64,000 bases of DNA. Origin: an uncultured Nitrospiraceae bacterium. Its GTDB lineage: Bacteria > Nitrospirota > Nitrospiria > Nitrospirales > Nitrospiraceae. This document shows, piece after piece, positions 1 through 10,183 of this stretch. Where the stretch lies: NCBI GenBank assembly GCA_963846575.1, contig CAWJWJ010000002.1:2336001-2400000 (forward strand). The letters run 5' to 3'. The notes under the pieces were generated by a model. It saw only the letters and a program-made list of their open reading frames with translations. It did not search any database and was not told where the DNA came from. Both the position numbers and the translations under genes were made by a program. Positions within the stretch are counted from its first letter, which is position 1. The number at the start of each line of letters is the position of its first letter.

Positions 1-578
1 ATGTTCGAGGACAGCACCGGCACGCCGGCGGCCCGAACTTCCTCGACCGGCCCCGGGTTGAACGACAGGACCAGGTCCAGATCATGAATCATCAGGTCCA
101 GCACGACGTCGACATCGGTTCCCCGCTCACCGAACGCGCTCAACCGGTGACATTCGATAAAGGCGGGCCGATCGATGTAGGGCCGCATGCGTTGCATGAT
201 CGGGTTGAACCGCTCGCTATGCCCGACCTGCAGGCGACAGCCGCGTCGCGACGCCAGTTCGATCAACTCACGGGCTTCGACCGACGTGACGGCAATGGGC
301 TTTTCGACCAGGACATGCTTGCCGGCGTCCAGGCAGGCCTTGGTCGCCGCGAAATGGGCGGAGGTCGGGGCGGCCACGCTGACGATCTCGACCTGTCTCA
401 GGAGTTCGTTGAGATCCGTCCAGGCCTGCACGCCATGCCGCTCGGCAATGAGCCTGGCCCGGCCGGCGTCGGCGTCGAACACGCCCACCAGGACCGAGCC
501 CGGAAGCGTCGCATAATGCCGGGCGTGATGTTGCCCCAGGTGACCGACACCGATCACGCCGGCCCTGAGCCGCGTCAT
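1..578 (-). CDS. Gfo/Idh/MocA family oxidoreductase, probably GnnA (UDP-GlcNAc 3-dehydrogenase); runs off the left window edge
   Basis: Not in the ORF track. Manual translation from ATG at 578 gives MTRLRAGVIGVGHLGQHHARHY...HVLVEKP...QVGHSERFNP...DLMIHDLD (Rossmann GxGxxG, EKP and IHD motifs). Lies directly downstream of lpxA-lpxI. Confidence 0.85.
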   Translation of the reverse strand, partial: MTRLRAGVIGVGHLGQHHARHYATLPGSVLVGVFDADAGRARLIAERHGVQAWTDLNELLRQVEIVSVAAPTSAHFAATKACLDAGKHVLVEKPIAVTSVEARELIELASRRGCRLQVGHSERFNPIMQRMRPYIDRPAFIECHRLSAFGERGTDVDVVLDLMIHDLDLVLSFNPGPVEEVRAAGVPVLSSN

Positions 579-630
579 CGGCCGCCGCTCCGGAACGGGC
601 CGCCAACCATCGTTGCTCTGCCCAACAACA

Positions 631-1461
631 TCATGTTAGTCCGACGATCGCAATACCGGCACGGTTGGCCTTCGCAATCGTCTCGTCACGGTCCAGGAGA
701 ATGCCACGCCCTGCTTCCAGCGCCAGGACGGAAGCCTTGACGGCCTCCATCACCTCGATGGTGCGCGGACCCACGGCGGGAAGGTCGAACCGGAGGTCCT
801 GCTGGGGCTTGCATCGCTTGACCACCACCGCGCCGCCATGCGCCAGCTCACCGCCCCGGCGTATGGCTCCATCCGTGCCTTCCACGGCCTCCACGGCAAC
901 GATCACGCGATCCTTCACGACCACGCACTGGCCGATGTCCAATGCGCCGATCTGTTTGCCCACGTCCCATCCGTAGCGGATGTCGTCCCATTCCTTCTTA
1001 TTCGGTTCACGCCTGGTTAGGGTCCCGGCTTCCACGAGAATGCCCTGGAGCCCGAATGTAGACTCGCAGATCTCGATCCCTTCTGCTTCAATTTCTTCGG
1101 CAACCCGGCGCAGAATGTCGTCGTCTTTGAGGTGAATCAATTTGGCGGCCAGAGCCAAGGCCCGAAAGTCCGGCCTGACCGTGGAAAACACGTGGGTCTT
1201 CTTGATGCCTCCGAGCATGACCGCCCGCTGCACACCGTCCCCCTTGAGGGCCTCGATCAGCTTACCGAACTGCCCGATTTTGATCCAGTGGATGCGATCG
1301 ACGTGTTGCGCGAGTGCCGGTTCGGTTTCGCCTTCATGCGCCACCGCGGACACGGTATACCCGAGCCGCTTCGCATTGTCGGCAAAGATGATCGGGAACC
1401 GGCCGTTGCCCGCGATGAGTCCGATCCGCTGTCCGTTGGACGCCTGTATGCCGTCGACCAC
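631..1461 (-). CDS. lpxI: UDP-2,3-diacylglucosamine pyrophosphatase LpxI
   Basis: RIGLIAGNGRFP, LDIGQCVVV, AVEAVEGTD and KPQQDLRFDLPAVG motifs; follows lpxA. Start set at GTG 1461 after GAGG (the track start 1614 overlaps lpxA). Confidence 0.9.
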   Translation of the reverse strand: MVDGIQASNGQRIGLIAGNGRFPIIFADNAKRLGYTVSAVAHEGETEPALAQHVDRIHWIKIGQFGKLIEALKGDGVQRAVMLGGIKKTHVFSTVRPDFRALALAAKLIHLKDDDILRRVAEEIEAEGIEICESTFGLQGILVEAGTLTRREPNKKEWDDIRYGWDVGKQIGALDIGQCVVVKDRVIVAVEAVEGTDGAIRRGGELAHGGAVVVKRCKPQQDLRFDLPAVGPRTIEVMEAVKASVLALEAGRGILLDRDETIAKANRAGIAIVGLT

Positions 1462-1474
1462 CTGTTCCCTCACC

Positions 1475-2284
1475 CTACTCCTCGTCGCCCTCTTGATCCT
1501 TGCCGATCGAACGGCAGATGCCCCGTTTGGTTCCTTCCATGAAATCGGCCACCTGCATGACATCCTGGCTTGCGCCGAAGCGGTCACGCGCCAGCTTGAC
1601 GGCTTCTCCCACACGATGTCCTGAACGGAAGAGCACCTCGTACGCCTGCTTCAATGCCGAAATACGTTCGGAGGAAAACCCATGCCGGCGCAGGCCGATC
1701 GAGTTCAAGCCGAACATGCGCGCGCGATACCCGCCCGCCGCCCGCATGAAGGGCGGTACGTCCTGGCCGAGCGCGCAACAGCCGCCGACCATGGCATAGG
1801 CCCCGATACGCACGAACTGGTGGATGCCGGACAGCCCGCCGATAATGGCATGATCGCCGATGGTGATATGGCCGGCCAAACTCGCGGCATTCGCGAGAAT
1901 GAGATGATTGCCGAGATGGCAATCATGGGCCACATGCACGTAAGCCATCAGAAAATTGGAGTGGCCCACACTCGTAATGCCGCCCCCCTGTAACGTCGCC
2001 CGGTTGACCGTGACATACTCGCGCAGGATGTTGTCGTGCCCGATCACGACCTTGGTCGGCTCACCCTTATACTGCATGTGTTGCGGCGGCCCTCCGACCG
2101 AGACGAAAGGATGCAATTCGCACCGCTCGCCGATATCGGTCCAGCCGTCAATACAGACATGAGACAACACGCGCGTGCCTGCGCCGATCCTGACGTGTTC
2201 ACCGACGACGGAATAGGCGCCCACTTCCACGTCGTCCGCAAGCACCGCCTTGGGATGGATCACTGCGGTCGGATGTATCTTCAC
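1475..2284 (-). CDS. lpxA: Acyl-ACP--UDP-N-acetylglucosamine O-acyltransferase
   Basis: Hexapeptide repeats, IHPTAVIHP, REYVTVNRAT, HVAHDC and IHQFVRIG motifs. Confidence 0.97.
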   Translation of the reverse strand: MKIHPTAVIHPKAVLADDVEVGAYSVVGEHVRIGAGTRVLSHVCIDGWTDIGERCELHPFVSVGGPPQHMQYKGEPTKVVIGHDNILREYVTVNRATLQGGGITSVGHSNFLMAYVHVAHDCHLGNHLILANAASLAGHITIGDHAIIGGLSGIHQFVRIGAYAMVGGCCALGQDVPPFMRAAGGYRARMFGLNSIGLRRHGFSSERISALKQAYEVLFRSGHRVGEAVKLARDRFGASQDVMQVADFMEGTKRGICRSIGKDQEGDEE

Positions 2285-2352
2285 TCACACCTCCTCACCA
2301 TCGTCCGCGGCCAGCGGCCATACCGGGCCGCCGGTCTACCGATTGAGCCCGG

Positions 2353-2808
2353 TTACTGGCCTGTCGCCGCCTTCTCATCCGTCACCATGGCGGTGACCTC
2401 AGCCTCACACACCAACTCAGCTTCGACGAAGGCCTTGCCCTGCATCTTCCAGAACGGCGGGCGCTTCTTAATGACATCCACTTCCAGCCGGAGGATATCG
2501 CCGGGAACGACAGGTTTCCGGAACTTGGCCGCGTCGATGCCGGTCAAATACACGACGGGACGGTTGACCGACCCGAGCGACTTGAACGCCAGCACGCCGC
2601 CGACCTGAGCCAAGGCCTCCAGAATCAACACACCGGGCATCACCGGGCGACCGGGGAAATGGCCCTGAAAGAACGGCTCGTTAAACGTCACATTTTTGAT
2701 ACCTACGATACGCCGGTCCGGCTCCAGCTCTCGAATGCGATCGACGAGCAGGAACGGATACCGGTGGGGAAGGATCGCTTGAATCTCCATGCTGTCCATC
2801 ACTGACAT
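2353..2808 (-). CDS. fabZ: 3-hydroxyacyl-ACP dehydratase
   Basis: LPHRYPFLLVD, FFQGHFP and MPGVLILEALAQ motifs. Confidence 0.98.
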   Translation of the reverse strand: MSVMDSMEIQAILPHRYPFLLVDRIRELEPDRRIVGIKNVTFNEPFFQGHFPGRPVMPGVLILEALAQVGGVLAFKSLGSVNRPVVYLTGIDAAKFRKPVVPGDILRLEVDVIKKRPPFWKMQGKAFVEAELVCEAEVTAMVTDEKAATGQ

Positions 2809-2851
2809 CAGCCCCGCCTCCTGTATTGCCTAGACGACTGCCATGATCCCG

Positions 2852-3403
2852 CTACTTGTTCTGCCGATCGAACTCCTTGATGACCTGTTCCGTGATATCG
2901 ACCGAAGGATGACTGTACAGCACAATCTTGACCGTGGCATCACTGCCTTTATCGATGACCGCGGTATAGCCCTCTTTTTGAGCCACCGCCGAGGCCGCGG
3001 CATGAATTTTCTGGGCATACTCCGCCACCATCCCGCGCTGCTTCTCCTGCACTTCCCGGTTGAAATCCTGAATCCGCCGCTGATAGGCCTCGAGCTTCGT
3101 CTTGAAATGCTCCTGCTTCTCCCTCCGAACCTCCTCCGAGAAATTCGGGTCCTGCACACCCTTCTCCAGTTCTTTCAATTCAAGGTCGTCCGAATCGATG
3201 ATTTTCTGACGCGTGGTGGAATAACTTTTCAGATCCTCCAGGGCACGTTTTCCCGCCGCGCTGCGCTCGATGACCTGCTGCTGGTCCATCATGGCCACCT
3301 TCAGGCGATCCGCCGCCTGAACCGGCTGGGCGATCCACGCCAACAGAATCTGTACGATGCCCACGACCATCCAATTTCGTCGAATCATGGCATTCCTCAT
3401 CAT
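2852..3403 (-). CDS. skp: OmpH/Skp periplasmic chaperone (copy 2)
   Basis: Signal peptide ending AQPVQA, coiled-coil body, C-terminal VDITEQVI; located downstream of bamA. Confidence 0.9.
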   Translation of the reverse strand: MMRNAMIRRNWMVVGIVQILLAWIAQPVQAADRLKVAMMDQQQVIERSAAGKRALEDLKSYSTTRQKIIDSDDLELKELEKGVQDPNFSEEVRREKQEHFKTKLEAYQRRIQDFNREVQEKQRGMVAEYAQKIHAAASAVAQKEGYTAVIDKGSDATVKIVLYSHPSVDITEQVIKEFDRQNK

Positions 3404-3975
3404 GGATAGGTTTGGTTGAACTCCTCGATCAACTGTGACGACACATCAATCGCCTCGTCGAAGTACAGGGTCGGCCCTCCCCGCCCGCGATCGAAAATCG
3501 CCTGGAGATCCAGGCGTTTGGCCACCTTGCCGCTCATGGCCTCGATCTTATCGCGAAAACCCTCCAATACATCCTTCTGCTTGTCCTGCACTTCGCGATT
3601 GAGGTCGGTGACTTTCTGCTGGTACTCCGCCATACGGCGCCGGAATTGTTCCTCGCGTTCACGCTTGGCCGTGGCGCTCAGCACACTACCCTGCTTCATA
3701 AAATCTTCTTCCATCCGGCGCAGCTCCTTCTCTTCCAGTTCGATGAGCGCTTGCCGGTTCTTGGCAAAAGACGCGAGCATCTCTTTGGCCTTCTTCCCGA
3801 CGTTCGTTTCGCTCAAGAGCCGTTGAGGATCCACGACTCCGATACGCGTCGAGGCCGGCACTGTAGAACGATTCGACTGACACCCCGCCGTGACCACTGC
3901 GGTGGTCAGGAGCGCCAGGCATATCCCCGCCCGCCCTGCGCTCATGACACTGTTCCGGACTGCCTGTGCACCCAT
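3400..3975 (-). CDS. skp: OmpH/Skp chaperone (copy 1), with a possible lipoprotein signal
   Basis: RIGVVDPQRLL, coiled coil, IDVSSQLI; hydrophobic stretch ending TAG-C. The true start may be ATG 3945. Confidence 0.88.
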   Translation of the reverse strand: MGAQAVRNSVMSAGRAGICLALLTTAVVTAGCQSNRSTVPASTRIGVVDPQRLLSETNVGKKAKEMLASFAKNRQALIELEEKELRRMEEDFMKQGSVLSATAKREREEQFRRRMAEYQQKVTDLNREVQDKQKDVLEGFRDKIEAMSGKVAKRLDLQAIFDRGRGGPTLYFDEAIDVSSQLIEEFNQTYP

Positions 3976-4017
3976 TCTGCCGATTCCTTTCTCGAACCGC
4001 GATTCACAGATCCTGCG

Positions 4018-6342
4018 TTAGAAGAGGGAGCCGATCGTGAACTCGAACACCCCCATGCGTTCAGTCGGCCGGGGATCGAGATTGATACCATACGCCGCTC
4101 GTAACGGGCCGAAGGGAGAAATCCATCTGGCTTCGAACCCGACCGCGCTCCGCAGCTTGTTGAACTGCACCGGTTCGCTGTCGTCGAATCCGTTACCATA
4201 ATCGAAAAAGAACACGCCGTTCAATTTGGCCTCGGACGAAATCGTGAAGATGAAATCGTTGTTGAAAATGAGTTCCTTGGCGGACCCCAGGAGTGATCCG
4301 GACGGCGTCACGGGGCCGGCCCGTCCGAAAACGAAGCCGCGCATGGTGTTGATGCCTCCCACGAAAAACCGCTCGGTGAGGGGAATGGGCCGGCCCCCGA
4401 TCCCCTCGGTCTGCCCGTACCGGACCCGGACGGAAAACCGGGTGTCATAGACCAGTGGCGTATATTTCACGACATCGACGAACAGCTTGTAGAAGTGATT
4501 CGTCCCGCCGAGAGCGGGCGTGCCATAGTCGGCGCCGAGGCTCACCCGCCATCCGGTTCGCGGGTCCAGGTAATAATCCCGCGTATCCCGGAAAATCGAT
4601 GTCCGGACGCCGGTCGAAGACTGCGACCCCAACTGGCGGCAGATGAGCGGGATCAGGTCGGGGCACAATCCCTCTTGCGGATCGCGGTAGGTGAGCTGCT
4701 CGCCGAACAGACTGACACTGCCGTTGACGTACTCCGACAACCACCGGCTCCAGGTCGCGCTCACGCCGGATTTCGACTCGAAATAGGAAATGTAATTCGT
4801 CATCGTCCGGTAGACGTCCAGCTGTAGCGCGTTGTACGAGTCGTTCACATAGGGATTACGGAAGGTGATTAATCCCAGGGACCGTTGCTGACCCAGCTGC
4901 CCGCGGATACGGCCCAACCAGCCGTTCCCGCCGAGATTGCCCTCCGTGATATCGGCGATGGCCACCAGTTTATCCAACGTGCTGAACCCGCCGCCGATGC
5001 TGAACTGACCGGTCGGCTTTTCTTTCACCTTGACGTTCAGATCGACCTTATCAGGCTCGACCTGCTGCGGCAGAATTTCCACGGTCTCGAAAAAGTTGAG
5101 GTTGTTCAGGCGTTGAAAACTCCGTTTCAAGGCGAGGGTATCGATGACGTCCTGCTCATCCAGCCGCAGTTCGCGTCGCACCACGTTGTCCCGGGTCTTA
5201 TCATTGCCGGTGACGTGGATCTCCCGGATCCGCATCATCTCCCCTTCCTTTATATTGAGGAGGATCCTGGCCGTGCGCGCCGCGTTGTCGGGGGTCACGT
5301 TCGGCACCACGTCCGCGAAGGCATATCCCTTTGCCCCGTACATGTCGGTAATGCGCGTAATTTCTCCCCTTATCTTGGCCCGCTGGAAAATTTCGCCGGC
5401 TCTGATATTCAACCCTTCGCGCAACTCGTGATCCTCGAAGACCGTGTTTCCGCGAAACCCGACTTCCTGGACGATAAACGGTTCCCCCTCCACGACCGCG
5501 TAGCTGATATCGAACCACTTCTTATCGTCGCTCAGCTGCAGCGTCGGCTGGCTGATCTGAACATTCAGGTAGCCCTTGTTCAAATAGACTTCCCGCATGC
5601 GTTCGATGTCGTTGTTCAGCTCCTCACGCTTGAGCACACCGGCATCCGAGAGCAGCGAGGGCACCTTCATCTGCGTGACGAGCCCATACCACGGAATCCA
5701 CTCTCTGATCGCCGTCACCTTGAACATTTCTTCCTTCGTGACGGCCCGCATGCCCTCGAAATTGATATGTCGGACTTTGGCCTTGGTGCCTTCCTTGATG
5801 AAGAAGGTCAGCCGCTTCCGGTCTTCGTCCACGGTCTGAATGACGGGAATCACCTGACAGTTGAAAAAGCCGTCTTCCTGATAGGCGAGCCGGATTTTGT
5901 CCGCGCTTTCCTTGGCCTGCTGCTGGTCGAGGAAGGTCTGGCTTTTCAGAGTGATTTTTTCTTTCAGCTTATCGTCGCTCAAGTCCTCATTGCCATCGAA
6001 CACGATTTCCGTAATGAAGGGTTTCTCGCGGACGACAAACGTCACCGCCACGCCGCCGGGGCCGGAATCCGTCTCGACCTGCACGTCCTCGAAATAGCCG
6101 GTCCCATAGAGGATCTTGACCTGCTCACGAATCGCGTCGGGAGTGAAGCGGTCATTCGCCTTGAGCGTGAGACGCCCCTCGATTGCCTGTAGCTCAATAC
6201 GTTTCTGGCCACGGATCGTGGCCGAGGTCACCAGCGGCGCGTCGTCCTGTGCAGACAGGAGCTCCCCCACACCAAGCGTGCAGAGCACCACCAGTGCAAA
6301 AACACACAATGAGACCCAACGCCTGCCTCCCGCCTTGATCAC
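4018..6342 (-). CDS. bamA: Outer membrane protein assembly factor BamA
   Basis: POTRA repeats, GNDKTRDNVVRRE, MRGF loop-6 motif, SPFGPL and terminal Phe. Confidence 0.97.
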   Translation of the reverse strand: MIKAGGRRWVSLCVFALVVLCTLGVGELLSAQDDAPLVTSATIRGQKRIELQAIEGRLTLKANDRFTPDAIREQVKILYGTGYFEDVQVETDSGPGGVAVTFVVREKPFITEIVFDGNEDLSDDKLKEKITLKSQTFLDQQQAKESADKIRLAYQEDGFFNCQVIPVIQTVDEDRKRLTFFIKEGTKAKVRHINFEGMRAVTKEEMFKVTAIREWIPWYGLVTQMKVPSLLSDAGVLKREELNNDIERMREVYLNKGYLNVQISQPTLQLSDDKKWFDISYAVVEGEPFIVQEVGFRGNTVFEDHELREGLNIRAGEIFQRAKIRGEITRITDMYGAKGYAFADVVPNVTPDNAARTARILLNIKEGEMMRIREIHVTGNDKTRDNVVRRELRLDEQDVIDTLALKRSFQRLNNLNFFETVEILPQQVEPDKVDLNVKVKEKPTGQFSIGGGFSTLDKLVAIADITEGNLGGNGWLGRIRGQLGQQRSLGLITFRNPYVNDSYNALQLDVYRTMTNYISYFESKSGVSATWSRWLSEYVNGSVSLFGEQLTYRDPQEGLCPDLIPLICRQLGSQSSTGVRTSIFRDTRDYYLDPRTGWRVSLGADYGTPALGGTNHFYKLFVDVVKYTPLVYDTRFSVRVRYGQTEGIGGRPIPLTERFFVGGINTMRGFVFGRAGPVTPSGSLLGSAKELIFNNDFIFTISSEAKLNGVFFFDYGNGFDDSEPVQFNKLRSAVGFEARWISPFGPLRAAYGINLDPRPTERMGVFEFTIGSLF

Positions 6343-6537
6343 CGCAATCCTTCTGTACGACCTGGGAATGCAAGCACTGGTTATCCGAACACGCGAAATA
6401 GGGAATCGTCACGCCTGTCGCGCTCGTGGCATCGAGCAGTCCGATCGCGCGCAGACTCTCACGAACTGTTGCTGTGGCAATCACCGATGCGCCGCTTTCT
6501 TTGCGACATCACCGCACATGTGAAGGAAAACCATGGG

Positions 6538-6566
6538 ATTATATTGACCACCTATTTCAATGTAAA
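6538..6566 (-). promoter_or_regulatory. Putative sigma70 promoter for the bamA-lpx operon
   Basis: Minus strand reads TTTACA-N17-TATAAT, about 195 bp upstream of the bamA start. Confidence 0.6.
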
Positions 6567-6621
6567 GGAGTTTCCCGACCGGAGGGCGCATCGACGACGT
6601 CTGAAAAGAGCCGACGAAATC

Positions 6622-6650
6622 TTGACTTCACTTACCCCTTCACATACTAT
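6622..6650 (+). promoter_or_regulatory. Putative sigma70 promoter for galU (leaderless)
   Basis: TTGACT-N17-TACTAT, with ATG 6658 following after 7 nt and no SD sequence. Confidence 0.65.
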
Positions 6651-6657
6651 CCCCCCT

Positions 6658-7599
6658 ATGACTCGAACTGATGTACGTAAAGCTATTATCCCCGCTGCCG
6701 GACTGGGCACACGCTTCCTTCCCGCCACCAAAGCTTCCCCCAAAGAGATGCTGCCGCTGGTCGATAAACCGCTCATTCAATACGTGGTGGAGGAAGCGGT
6801 CGCGTCGGGCATCGAAGACATCATTGTGATCACCGGACGGGGCAAGCGCGCGATCGAAGATCACTTCGACCGCTCGTTGGAACTGGAAGAAAATCTCAAG
6901 GGCAGCGGCAAGGGACAAGTGCTCAATCAAATGCGGCACATTTCGAATCTGGCGAATTTCTGTTACGTCCGCCAGCCGGAAGCCATGGGATTGGGACATG
7001 CCGTGCTCTGCGCGCAACATCTCATTGGTGATGAACCGTTTGCGGTCATCCTGGGTGATGAAATCATCGACGCCGCGGTACCGGGGTTGGCGCAGCTCAT
7101 CCATATATACAAACAGCGCAAGGCCGCCGTCCTGGGTGTGCAGGAAGTTCCCCACCAGGAAGTCAGCCGGTACGGCATCATTTCCGCGCGCCGCGTGCGA
7201 AACGGCTTGCATCGAGTCGACGATCTGATTGAAAAACCGGCGCCGGCCGATGCGCCCTCGAACCTCGCCGTGATCGGCCGCTATGTCCTGCCTCCGGAAA
7301 TCTTCCCGATTCTCCGCAAGACTCCGCCGGGAAAGAACGGAGAAATCCAACTGACCGATGCATTGCGACAACTCGTGCGACAGACGCCGATGTTTGCGCA
7401 CGAAATCCAGGGGCAACGGCATGATGCAGGCGACAAACTGGGCTTCCTCATCGCCACCGTCGAACTGGCCTTGAAGAATCCGTCCCTGGGACCTGCCTTC
7501 GGCGAGTTCCTACAACAACGACTCCAACCGGGAGCCACCGACGCGCCGCGTCGCGCCACCGGCCGCTCCGGCTCAGGCCGGACACGCACCACCAGCTAG
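6658..7599 (+). CDS. galU: UTP--glucose-1-phosphate uridylyltransferase
   Basis: KAIIPAAGLGTRFLPATKASPKEMLP and GEIQLTDAL motifs; start trimmed to ATG 6658. Confidence 0.97.
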   Translation: MTRTDVRKAIIPAAGLGTRFLPATKASPKEMLPLVDKPLIQYVVEEAVASGIEDIIVITGRGKRAIEDHFDRSLELEENLKGSGKGQVLNQMRHISNLANFCYVRQPEAMGLGHAVLCAQHLIGDEPFAVILGDEIIDAAVPGLAQLIHIYKQRKAAVLGVQEVPHQEVSRYGIISARRVRNGLHRVDDLIEKPAPADAPSNLAVIGRYVLPPEIFPILRKTPPGKNGEIQLTDALRQLVRQTPMFAHEIQGQRHDAGDKLGFLIATVELALKNPSLGPAFGEFLQQRLQPGATDAPRRATGRSGSGRTRTTS

Positions 7600-7686
7600 C
7601 CTTGGGTGTGACGGAGTGCCGTCGCCCAAACCGTGCCACAGCACGACATCGTCACTCAGATTGAACCATCATCAGACTGGAGCCTC

Positions 7687-10182
7687 ATGGCCGAAGCAGT
7701 AGAACAAGATTTTTCAAGCAATCAGAACCTCGAACCGCCGGATCAGTTGCCCTTGCTGCCCGTGCGGGACATCGTCGTCTTCCCTTACATGGTGCTCCCC
7801 TTGTTCGTCGGGCGCGAAATGTCGATCAAGGCGATCGAGGCAGCGCTGGCGGGCAACCGCATGCTGTTCCTCGCGACACAGAAATCCCTGGATGTGGAAA
7901 ACCCGCAGCCGGACGATATTCACGCGGTCGGGACCGTGGGCATCATCATGCGGATGCTCAAACTACCCGACGAGCGCATCAAGATACTCGTGCAGGGTCT
8001 CGCCAAGGGACGCATCGAAGAATACATTCAGAATGATCCGTACTATTCCGTCCGGATTGAAAAACTGGTCGAGGCGAAACAGCCCGGGTCCACCCTCGAG
8101 ACGGAAGCCGTCATGCGCACCGTCAAGGAACAAATCGAAAAGATCGTCAGCCTCGGCAAAGTGTTGATCCCGGACGTAATGGTCGTGATCGAAAATCTGG
8201 AAGATCCTGGCCGGCTGGCCGACATGGTGGCCTCCAACCTGGGATTGAAGGTCGACATTACTCAGACCGTCCTGGAAATTGTGGATCCGATTCAGCGACT
8301 GCGGCAAATCAGCGAGATTCTTTCCAAAGAGATCGATGTCCTCTCCATGCAGCAGAAGATCCAGGCTCAGGCCAAAGGGGAGATGGATAAGACTCAACGT
8401 GAATACTTCCTGCGGGAGCAGCTGAAAGCCATCCAGAAGGAACTCGGCGAGTTAGACGAGCGCGCCGAGGAAGTGGCGGACTTCCGGAAACGCATCAAAG
8501 AAGCCAAGATGCCGGAAAAGGTGCTCAAGGAAACTGAGAAGCAGCTCAAACGGCTCGAGAAAATGCATCCCGATACGGCCGAGTCGGCCACGGTGCGAAC
8601 CTACCTGGAATGGATGGTCGAACTGCCCTGGAATAAAAAATCAAAGGACAACCTCGACCTGAAGGCCGCCATGAAGGTCCTGAACGAGGACCACTATGAT
8701 CTGGAAAAGGTCAAGGAACGCATCGTCGAATATCTCGCGGTCCGCAAACTGAAAGAGAAGATGAAAGGCCCCATCCTCTGCTTCGTCGGCCCGCCGGGCG
8801 TCGGGAAAACCTCGCTGGGCAAATCCATCGCCCGTGCGTTGGGCCGTGAATTTGTAAGAATCAGTTTGGGAGGCGTGCGGGACGAAGCCGAAATCCGCGG
8901 GCATCGCCGGACCTACGTAGGCGCGCTGCCGGGACGGATCATTCAAGGCATGAAGCAGGCCGGCACCAACAATCCCGTGTTCATGCTCGACGAAGTGGAC
9001 AAGGTCGGGATGGATTTTCGGGGCGATCCCTCCGCCGCCCTTCTGGAAGTCCTGGATCCGGAACAGAACAGCACCTTCACCGACCACTATCTCGGCGTGC
9101 CGTTTGATTTGACGGAAGTCATGTTCGTCACCACGGCGAATCTGATGGACCCGATCCTGCCCGCCCTGCGCGACCGCATGGAAGTCATCGATATCCCGGG
9201 CTATACGGAAGAAGAAAAACTCGGCATCGCGCAAAAATATCTATTCCCCCGGCAGATGAACGAACACGGCATCACTGAAAAACACATCCGCGTCCAGGAA
9301 GCCACGATCCGCCACATCATCTCGCACTATACTCGCGAGGCGGGAGTCCGCAACCTCGAACGTGAGATTGCCAACCTCATGCGGAAGGTCGCCAAGAAGG
9401 TCGCCGAAGGTAAGACGCAATGCCATACGATCGACCAGAGCAATTTGAACAAGTATTTGGGAGTGGCGAAGTTCGTTCCCGAGGCGGAACTCGAAAAGGA
9501 CGAGGTGGGCGTCGCCACCGGTTTGGCCTGGACTGAAAGCGGCGGCGATGTGCTCTACATAGAGGCCACGGTGATGAAAGGCAAAGGCCAGCTGACGCTC
9601 ACGGGGCATCTCGGCGATGTCATGAAAGAGTCCGCTCAGGCGGCGCTGAGTTATGTCCGGTCACGAGAGAAGACCCTGGGAATCAGCCCGGACATTTTTG
9701 CCAAGAACGACATTCACATTCATGTGCCGGCCGGCGCGACGCCCAAAGACGGCCCCTCGGCGGGCATTACCATGGCAACGGCCATTGCCTCCGCCCTGGC
9801 ACAGATCCCCGTGCGCCGCGACCTGGCGATGACCGGGGAAATCACCCTGCGCGGACGCGTCCTGCCCATCGGCGGTTTGAAAGAAAAAATTCTGGCCGCG
9901 AAACGGGCCAAACTCACCACAGTCGTGCTTCCGAAGCGCAATAAGAAGGACCTGGAGGAAATTCCCAAACATCTCCTCAAGGGCATCGAGCTGGTCTTCG
10001 TCGACACGGTGGATGACGTGATCAAGGCGGCCCTGCGACGGACGGGCTCCCGCAAAGCGCAGGCTTCGGCACCGAAGAGTCCGTCGAAGAAATCGCCGCC
10101 GAAGAACCAGGCCAAGCGGGCAACCGGCTCGCCACGGCGAAGCCTCCACCTGCCGGCAGTTTCTCCGGCCTTCTCCCTCTGA
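7687..10182 (+). CDS. lon: ATP-dependent Lon protease
   Basis: [14 protein letters not shown]-domain, GPPGVGKTS Walker A, PKDGPSAG catalytic Ser and GGLKEK. Alternative start GTG 7633. Confidence 0.98.
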   Translation: MAEAVEQDFSSNQNLEPPDQLPLLPVRDIVVFPYMVLPLFVGREMSIKAIEAALAGNRMLFLATQKSLDVENPQPDDIHAVGTVGIIMRMLKLPDERIKILVQGLAKGRIEEYIQNDPYYSVRIEKLVEAKQPGSTLETEAVMRTVKEQIEKIVSLGKVLIPDVMVVIENLEDPGRLADMVASNLGLKVDITQTVLEIVDPIQRLRQISEILSKEIDVLSMQQKIQAQAKGEMDKTQREYFLREQLKAIQKELGELDERAEEVADFRKRIKEAKMPEKVLKETEKQLKRLEKMHPDTAESATVRTYLEWMVELPWNKKSKDNLDLKAAMKVLNEDHYDLEKVKERIVEYLAVRKLKEKMKGPILCFVGPPGVGKTSLGKSIARALGREFVRISLGGVRDEAEIRGHRRTYVGALPGRIIQGMKQAGTNNPVFMLDEVDKVGMDFRGDPSAALLEVLDPEQNSTFTDHYLGVPFDLTEVMFVTTANLMDPILPALRDRMEVIDIPGYTEEEKLGIAQKYLFPRQMNEHGITEKHIRVQEATIRHIISHYTREAGVRNLEREIANLMRKVAKKVAEGKTQCHTIDQSNLNKYLGVAKFVPEAELEKDEVGVATGLAWTESGGDVLYIEATVMKGKGQLTLTGHLGDVMKESAQAALSYVRSREKTLGISPDIFAKNDIHIHVPAGATPKDGPSAGITMATAIASALAQIPVRRDLAMTGEITLRGRVLPIGGLKEKILAAKRAKLTTVVLPKRNKKDLEEIPKHLLKGIELVFVDTVDDVIKAALRRTGSRKAQASAPKSPSKKSPPKNQAKRATGSPRRSLHLPAVSPAFSL

Positions 10183-10183
10183 T

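Noticed and set aside
84..740. 218-aa plus-strand ORF in the track
   Set aside because: Antisense shadow of the minus-strand Gfo/Idh/MocA gene, which has clear family motifs.
4885..6192. 435-aa plus-strand ORF
   Set aside because: Lies wholly antisense to bamA; long stop-free antisense frames are expected in GC-rich coding DNA, and it has no recognisable motifs.
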